From: Candidatus Kuenenia stuttgartensis | Lineage (GTDB): Bacteria > Planctomycetota > Brocadiia > Brocadiales > Brocadiaceae | Length of the DNA stretch: 32,000 nucleotides | NCBI RefSeq assembly: GCF_900232105.1 | Contig: NZ_LT934425.1 | Location: forward strand, 390,001-422,000 | Direction of reading: 5' to 3' | Part shown: piece after piece, positions 26,945 to 32,000 of the stretch | Layout of the letters: each line of letters starts with the position of its first letter | Numbering within the stretch: position 1 is the first letter of the stretch | The notes under the pieces: model-generated | Seen by the model: only the letters and a program-made list of their open reading frames with translations | Databases searched by the model: none | Told to the model about the DNA's origin: nothing | Position numbers and translations under genes: made by a program

Positions 26945-28708
26945 CTACAAACTATACTCATCCTTATACTCTTCTGCAATTTCAGCAAATATATGCTTAA
27001 TCTCTAAAAATGCATTCACGATAACCGGATCAAAGTGAGCGCCGGAACACGCTTCAATCTCTTTTACCGCTTCTTCATGCGTCCATGCCTGTTTGTAGGG
27101 ACGCCTGCATCGCAAGGCGTCGTATGCATCCGCAAGGGCGATAATCTTTGCGTGCAATGGAATCTCCTCTCCGGCTAATCCTTGCGGATATCCAGTGCCA
27201 TCAAATTTTTCATGATGCATATAAACTATGCCCGCCGCCATTTCCAGCATTGGTTTTCCCCTTAACAATTCATACCCCAAAAGTGTGTGATTTTTCATTA
27301 TTTCATACTTTTTTTTAGTTAATCTTTTTTTATCAAGCAATATTGTATCAGGAATCCCCATTTTTCCAATATCGTGCAGTGGAGAAAACAGTTCGATATC
27401 TTCACAATATTTTTTCGGCATATCAAGATGTTCTGCGATTCTCCGTGAATACATACCAACACGTATTACATGCTTTTCCGACTCGTCGTCCCTCATTTCA
27501 GCAATGTCAGCTATAGCACGGTAAACATCCATGCGGATATTCACCTCATCTTTTGTTCTGTCCGTTACATCGAGTGGAAACCAAATATAGTTGATAATGT
27601 TGCCTTTTATATCAAAAATGCCATTAATTATCAAATGTACCCAGACAAGAGAACCCTCTTTTGATCTGTTTGGCAGTTCTCCTTCCCAAAACGCAATTTC
27701 GGGATTCGCAAGGGAATCCCATAGTTCTTTAAAAAACACTTCATACCCTTTTTCTGAAATACCCAAATCACCATAGACTGAACGGTCAGGATTAATAATA
27801 TTGACATTTTCCCCTATCATTTCATCCTGCGAAAACCCGTATACCTTTTCAATAGCCGGATTAACAAATACCATCTTCCCCGCCGTATCAGTTATTATTA
27901 TGCCTTGCATTGACTTGCATAGCACTTCAAAATAAAGCCTGCGTTCATTATTTGCCTTCGATAGATGTTTATCAATCTGATCTAAATCGATATTTGCCAT
28001 TTCCAAATCACGTTCATATCTTCTAATAATAAAACCTGCAAATATATACGTTGCCAATCCCAATATAACCGATACCATAACGCCAATAATTACATGAGTA
28101 TAGACAAAGCTTTTCAATTTTGTTTTTAACTCCGGGAAGTGCTGATGAACAAAAAGACGAATATCCGTATTATCAACCATAGACATTGCAACAATAGTAA
28201 CGGCGTCTCCTTTATAGAAGACCCCTTCAAAGATATTATTATCGGCAAAATCCTGGTACCGGTATTTTTCAGGACTGTTTAATCTTGTAAAATAACCGTC
28301 ATTTACATTGAGATTGCTTTTCAGTTCAAGACCTGGCATTGCGATGACTCTTCCTTCGCCATCCACAGCACAAACAAACCCTTTATTCGGGATTATAACT
28401 TCATTGCAAATATTCTGTATCAAGTGGATCTGCCTTGGCCTGGGCAATTCAGATAACATATACCTGGCAAAAGATTTTATAATCGTATTTGCTATGGTTT
28501 TATTATCCTGCACTATTTGATGCTTTAATTCGCGTAAAACAGATTTATACGACACGCCTACAAATAACGCAGCACCTATGAGTGCTATTAACAAAACACT
28601 ACCCGACAAAATCCATTGCATCCTTAATTTCATAATTTGCGCCTTATTTTGCCTAAAAAACATTTTACGATGTACGAATTCTTCCCTCCCCCTTTTGGGA
28701 TAGGCCAA
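26945..28708 (-). CDS. Membrane sensor protein: periplasmic sensor region - PAS - HD-GYP phosphodiesterase
   Basis: Two TM segments, PAS region ITDTAGKMVFVNPAIEKVYGFSQDEMIG, HDIGKMGIPDTILLDKKRLT, HHEKFDGTGYPQGLAGEEIPLHAKIIALADAYDAL. Confidence 0.93.
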   Translation of the reverse strand: MAYPKRGREEFVHRKMFFRQNKAQIMKLRMQWILSGSVLLIALIGAALFVGVSYKSVLRELKHQIVQDNKTIANTIIKSFARYMLSELPRPRQIHLIQNICNEVIIPNKGFVCAVDGEGRVIAMPGLELKSNLNVNDGYFTRLNSPEKYRYQDFADNNIFEGVFYKGDAVTIVAMSMVDNTDIRLFVHQHFPELKTKLKSFVYTHVIIGVMVSVILGLATYIFAGFIIRRYERDLEMANIDLDQIDKHLSKANNERRLYFEVLCKSMQGIIITDTAGKMVFVNPAIEKVYGFSQDEMIGENVNIINPDRSVYGDLGISEKGYEVFFKELWDSLANPEIAFWEGELPNRSKEGSLVWVHLIINGIFDIKGNIINYIWFPLDVTDRTKDEVNIRMDVYRAIADIAEMRDDESEKHVIRVGMYSRRIAEHLDMPKKYCEDIELFSPLHDIGKMGIPDTILLDKKRLTKKKYEIMKNHTLLGYELLRGKPMLEMAAGIVYMHHEKFDGTGYPQGLAGEEIPLHAKIIALADAYDALRCRRPYKQAWTHEEAVKEIEACSGAHFDPVIVNAFLEIKHIFAEIAEEYKDEYSL

Positions 28709-28761
28709 GGGGTGATCGTATTACAATTGTAGTTTCTTTTTTATTAATTATAGTATCTTCC

Positions 28762-28806
28762 AAAAAAAAGGGGTAACATTAATCAATGATAATGTCACCC
28801 CTCTTT
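28762..28806 (-). terminator. Rho-independent terminator of the charged-protein gene
   Basis: Minus strand AGGGGTGACATTA...TAATGTTACCCCTTTTTTTT. Confidence 0.85.
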
Positions 28807-28868
28807 ATAATCCACCTGAAAGAAACTCAGAAACAATTTATTTTTCTGCTATTTCATAATCCGATTTA

Positions 28869-29369
28869 CTATTCATCTTCATCCTCATCTTCATCCTCGT
28901 CAACATCTTCGTCCTCTTCGTCCTCTTCGTCGTCTTCGTCCTCTTCCGCCATTTTCCCTTCTATTTTTTCCTTCACCTCAGCTCTTTTTGTTTCTATCTT
29001 CTCTTTAATATCCTTCTTTTTCGTTTCTATTTCTTCCTTCACTTCAGATCTCTTCATTTCAACATCTTCTTTTATTTTTGCCCTTTTTTCTTCTACAACC
29101 TCTATAGGTTCATCACGTCTCTTTCTTACCTCTGCTTTTTTTACTTCCTGTTCAATCTTTTTTTCTTTAGCCTTTACTTTATTTTCTGCCTTTTTCTTTT
29201 CAATTTTTGCTTTTTTCCTCGCGCGCTTCTCATCCGGAGATAACTTCTTATATTCATCCTTCTCCAATTCTTCGTAAGTCTTAGCATCCACTTTATTAAC
29301 TACCGGACTTTGCAACCATAAAAGTGAAAACATAAAAGTTGCAAATACAACAAAAAAAACGTTCCTCAT
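28869..29369 (-). CDS. Secreted highly charged K/E-rich coiled-coil protein with poly-Asp/Glu tail
   Basis: Signal-like N-terminus MRNVFFVVFATFMFSLLWLQ. ATG 29369 with AGAAGGAG Shine-Dalgarno; dedicated downstream terminator. Confidence 0.75.
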   Translation of the reverse strand: MRNVFFVVFATFMFSLLWLQSPVVNKVDAKTYEELEKDEYKKLSPDEKRARKKAKIEKKKAENKVKAKEKKIEQEVKKAEVRKRRDEPIEVVEEKRAKIKEDVEMKRSEVKEEIETKKKDIKEKIETKRAEVKEKIEGKMAEEDEDDEEDEEDEDVDEDEDEDEDE

Positions 29370-29692
29370 TATAACTCCTTCTAAATAGTACATTTTTGAA
29401 ACCAAAGGGATTCACATCCCTATTTTTTCAATATTTAAGCCGACATAGCCAGAACCAAACAAACACAAAAACAGTCCTTAATCTGCAATCTGCAATTTGC
29501 CGACTGCCGACTGTAGATTGCTGACTGCGGAAGGCGTAATTAAACATTTTGCCAAAAAGCACGCACTGACGAATGGAAGTGTGCAAAGAAATTACTGATA
29601 CTGATAAGAGTCTGATATGCTTTCAAATGCTATAGAAATCAACAAATATTGTCAAGTGGTATCTCCAGATATAACTTGTGTAGATTAGGCTC

Positions 29693-31747
29693 ATGGTTTG
29701 GGAACGCTCTGTATTTTTCTATAAAAAGGTATTATACTTTTACTTCCATATGCATTGTTATATCAACCGGAAAGAATTGCTCCTCGATGAGCGTGATTGT
29801 TTAACTTCTCTCATGCCTGCCGTTATGAATAAACAAAACGAAATAACAAAATGGCTTCCTGTTACCAAAAAAGAAGTGGAAATGCGGGGATGGGGCCAAC
29901 TGGACGTCATTCTTATATCAGGCGACGCATACGTTGACCATCCGGCATTTGGAGCTGCGGTGATAGGCAGGATTATCGAAAAAGAAGGATACAGGGTTGC
30001 AATTATTCCTCAACCAAATTGGCGTGACGATCTGCATGATTTCAAAATACTTGGCGCACCGGTATATTTTTTCGGGGTAACCTCTGGTTGTATGGACTCT
30101 ATGGTGAACCATTACACTGCCAACAAAAGGCTCCGTTCCACGGATGCTTACAGCCCTGGCGGAAAAACAGGGTTGCGCCCTAACTATGCCGCCGTCACGT
30201 ATACAAAAATATTGAAATCTCTCTACCCCGATGTCCCCGTCATCATTGGCGGTATTGAAGCTTCCTTACGAAGGGTGACGCACTATGATTACTGGTCGGA
30301 CAAACTGATGCCTTCTCTTCTTGAAACAAGCGGAGCCGATTTACTGGTGTATGGAATGGGAGAAATGCCCGTGAGAGAAATCCTTAAACTTTTAAAAAAA
30401 GGGGTACCCCTCCACCAACTGACTATGGTGAAACAAACGGCTTATCTCCGGAATCAAGGCAACGGCATGCCAAAAAACAAGCATTGGAACGACATTTATA
30501 TACATTCCCACCAGAAATGTTTGGAAGATAAAAAGGCATTCGCCGCAAATTTTAAACAAATAGAACAGGAATCAAATAAGGTTTTTGCCGACCGCATTAT
30601 CCAAACTATTGGAGAAAAAACGCTGATTATCAATCCGCCATTTCAAACAATGACCGAAGAAGAAATTGACGCTTCTTTCGAACTGCCTTACACAAGACTC
30701 CCCCATCCGATATATAAAACGCTTGGCGCTATTCCCGCGTATGAAATGATTAAATTTTCGATCAACACGCATCGCGGATGTTTCGGCGGATGCAGTTTTT
30801 GCACCATCTCTGCGCATCAGGGAAAGTTCATTGCCAGCCGTTCACAGTCTTCTATTATGAGAGAAGTGGAACAGGTAACCAACATGCCGGATTTCAAAGG
30901 CTATATTTCAGACCTTGGCGGCCCATCCGCCAACATGTATAAAATGAAAGGCAGAATACAGGAAATATGTGATAAATGCATCCGCCCTTCATGCATTTAT
31001 CCCGCTGTTTGTGACAATCTCAATACAAACCATTCTCCGATAACCGAAATTTATCGCAAAGCCGATGCGCATCCAAAGGTGAAAAAGGCATTTGTAGGCA
31101 GCGGCATCCGGCACGATTTATTGACAAAAAGCTATAATAAAAAAGCCGACACATCCATTTACGACTATTTGGAACAGCTTTTAACCCGGCATGTTTCCGG
31201 GAGGTTAAAAGTTGCCCCTGAACATACTTCCCCGACAATCCTTAAATTGATGAGAAAACCGTCATTTGAACATTTTAAGGAATTTAAAAAGCTATTTGAC
31301 CGTATTGATAAACAACACGGACTCAATCAACAGCTTGTCCCCTACCTCATCTCCAGCCACCCGGGATGCACGGAAGACGACATGGCAACCCTTGCCGCAG
31401 AAACCAGGGAACTCGGATTCCATCTGGAACAGGTGCAGGATTTTACTCCCACACCCATGACCGTTGCAACCGTCATGTACTACTCCGGCTACCATCCCTA
31501 TACGCTTAAAGAATATTACGTACCCAGATCAATCCGTGAAAAAAAGGAACAGCATCGTTTCTTTTTCTGGTATAAGAAAGAAAATCAGGATTGGTTAAGG
31601 AAGAAACTTTTTGCGTTGAAAAAACCGGATTTGCTCAAAAGGCTTTTCCCCTTCGGGAAAACAAAATCACACCCGCAAACAAAACCCATCAGTGAAATAA
31701 TGTCCCACAGACCGCCTAAACAAAAGCAGCGAAGGGATGCGTTCTAA
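29693..31747 (+). CDS. YgiQ-family radical SAM protein (true start probably ATG 29813 or 29825)
   Basis: WLPVTKKEVEMRGWGQLDVILISGDAYVDHPAFGAAVIGR, GGIEASLRRVTHYDYWSDK, CFGGCSFCTISAHQGKFIASRSQSSI, SGRLKVAPEHTSP, VQDFTPTPMTVATVMYYSG. Confidence 0.94.
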   Translation: MVWERSVFFYKKVLYFYFHMHCYINRKELLLDERDCLTSLMPAVMNKQNEITKWLPVTKKEVEMRGWGQLDVILISGDAYVDHPAFGAAVIGRIIEKEGYRVAIIPQPNWRDDLHDFKILGAPVYFFGVTSGCMDSMVNHYTANKRLRSTDAYSPGGKTGLRPNYAAVTYTKILKSLYPDVPVIIGGIEASLRRVTHYDYWSDKLMPSLLETSGADLLVYGMGEMPVREILKLLKKGVPLHQLTMVKQTAYLRNQGNGMPKNKHWNDIYIHSHQKCLEDKKAFAANFKQIEQESNKVFADRIIQTIGEKTLIINPPFQTMTEEEIDASFELPYTRLPHPIYKTLGAIPAYEMIKFSINTHRGCFGGCSFCTISAHQGKFIASRSQSSIMREVEQVTNMPDFKGYISDLGGPSANMYKMKGRIQEICDKCIRPSCIYPAVCDNLNTNHSPITEIYRKADAHPKVKKAFVGSGIRHDLLTKSYNKKADTSIYDYLEQLLTRHVSGRLKVAPEHTSPTILKLMRKPSFEHFKEFKKLFDRIDKQHGLNQQLVPYLISSHPGCTEDDMATLAAETRELGFHLEQVQDFTPTPMTVATVMYYSGYHPYTLKEYYVPRSIREKKEQHRFFFWYKKENQDWLRKKLFALKKPDLLKRLFPFGKTKSHPQTKPISEIMSHRPPKQKQRRDAF

Positions 31748-32000
31748 TCTGGTGGGTGCACTCCGATTTACCCATCATTACATACAAATGATGGTTCTCA
31801 CGCGGGTTTTAGGCCTTGTAGCCTGCCCCCAGGTTTATGCAGTCAATTTCCGAAAAGAGGGATACGTGGGAAGGAACAACCTGGAAATCACTACGAATAA
31901 GACAGTTTTAATGCAATTATTCCTGCCACTATCAGCAGTACCGATACTATCCTCAAAATATTTGCCGGGTCTTTGAACATAATTATGCCAATAATAAATG

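Noticed and set aside
28786-29277. Plus-strand 163-aa ORF with long poly-Ser runs
   Set aside because: Antisense reading of the acidic D/E tail and K/E coil of the well-supported minus-strand gene; composition is an artefact.
29440-29535. CTGC/ACTG-rich stretch (aatctgcaatctgcaatttgccgactgccgactg...)
   Set aside because: Looks like short simple-sequence expansion between genes; no consistent unit, TIR or ORF.
31737-31976. 79-aa plus-strand ORF at the right edge
   Set aside because: No Shine-Dalgarno site or family signature, overlaps the YgiQ-like gene end; may be noise or a fragment cut by the window.

Overview
The window is a chromosomal segment with housekeeping genes and a repeat-rich accessory left half. 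Codon usage and gene content look like a planctomycete of the anammox type, but that is inference and unverified. Main contents, left to right: an intact IS1380-type transposase; bioA-bioD; a coiled-coil-repeat protein with a PD-(D/E)XK-like C-terminus; a ThiC/BzaF-family enzyme followed by a B12-binding radical SAM protein and an O-methyltransferase; an RCC1-repeat secreted protein with a 6x45-bp Pro-rich tandem repeat; a PlsC-like acyltransferase; an AddA/RecB-like helicase-nuclease; a NapH/NosR-like ferredoxin membrane protein with C-terminal TPRs, coupled to a small triple-zinc-motif, Lys-rich protein; tRNA-Glu(CTC); pyrK-pyrD; an M48 peptidase; a TIGR04255-like protein; tRNA-Gly(CCC); a YtqA-like radical SAM protein; a TPR lipoprotein; an MgtC-family protein; a PAS/HD-GYP protein; a charged coiled protein; and a YgiQ-like radical SAM protein. 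The two strongest observations are: (1) the ThiC/BzaF - B12-radical-SAM - O-methyltransferase trio, which matches the bzaF/bzaD/bzaC logic of anaerobic benzimidazole (cobamide lower-ligand) synthesis; (2) two families of small non-autonomous mobile elements. One family has two copies (142/143 bp), each flanked by its own perfect 9-bp target duplication. The other is a 150-bp element with an 18-bp perfect TIR and a CGGA duplication, inserted into the loop of a host palindrome. No CRISPR array was seen.
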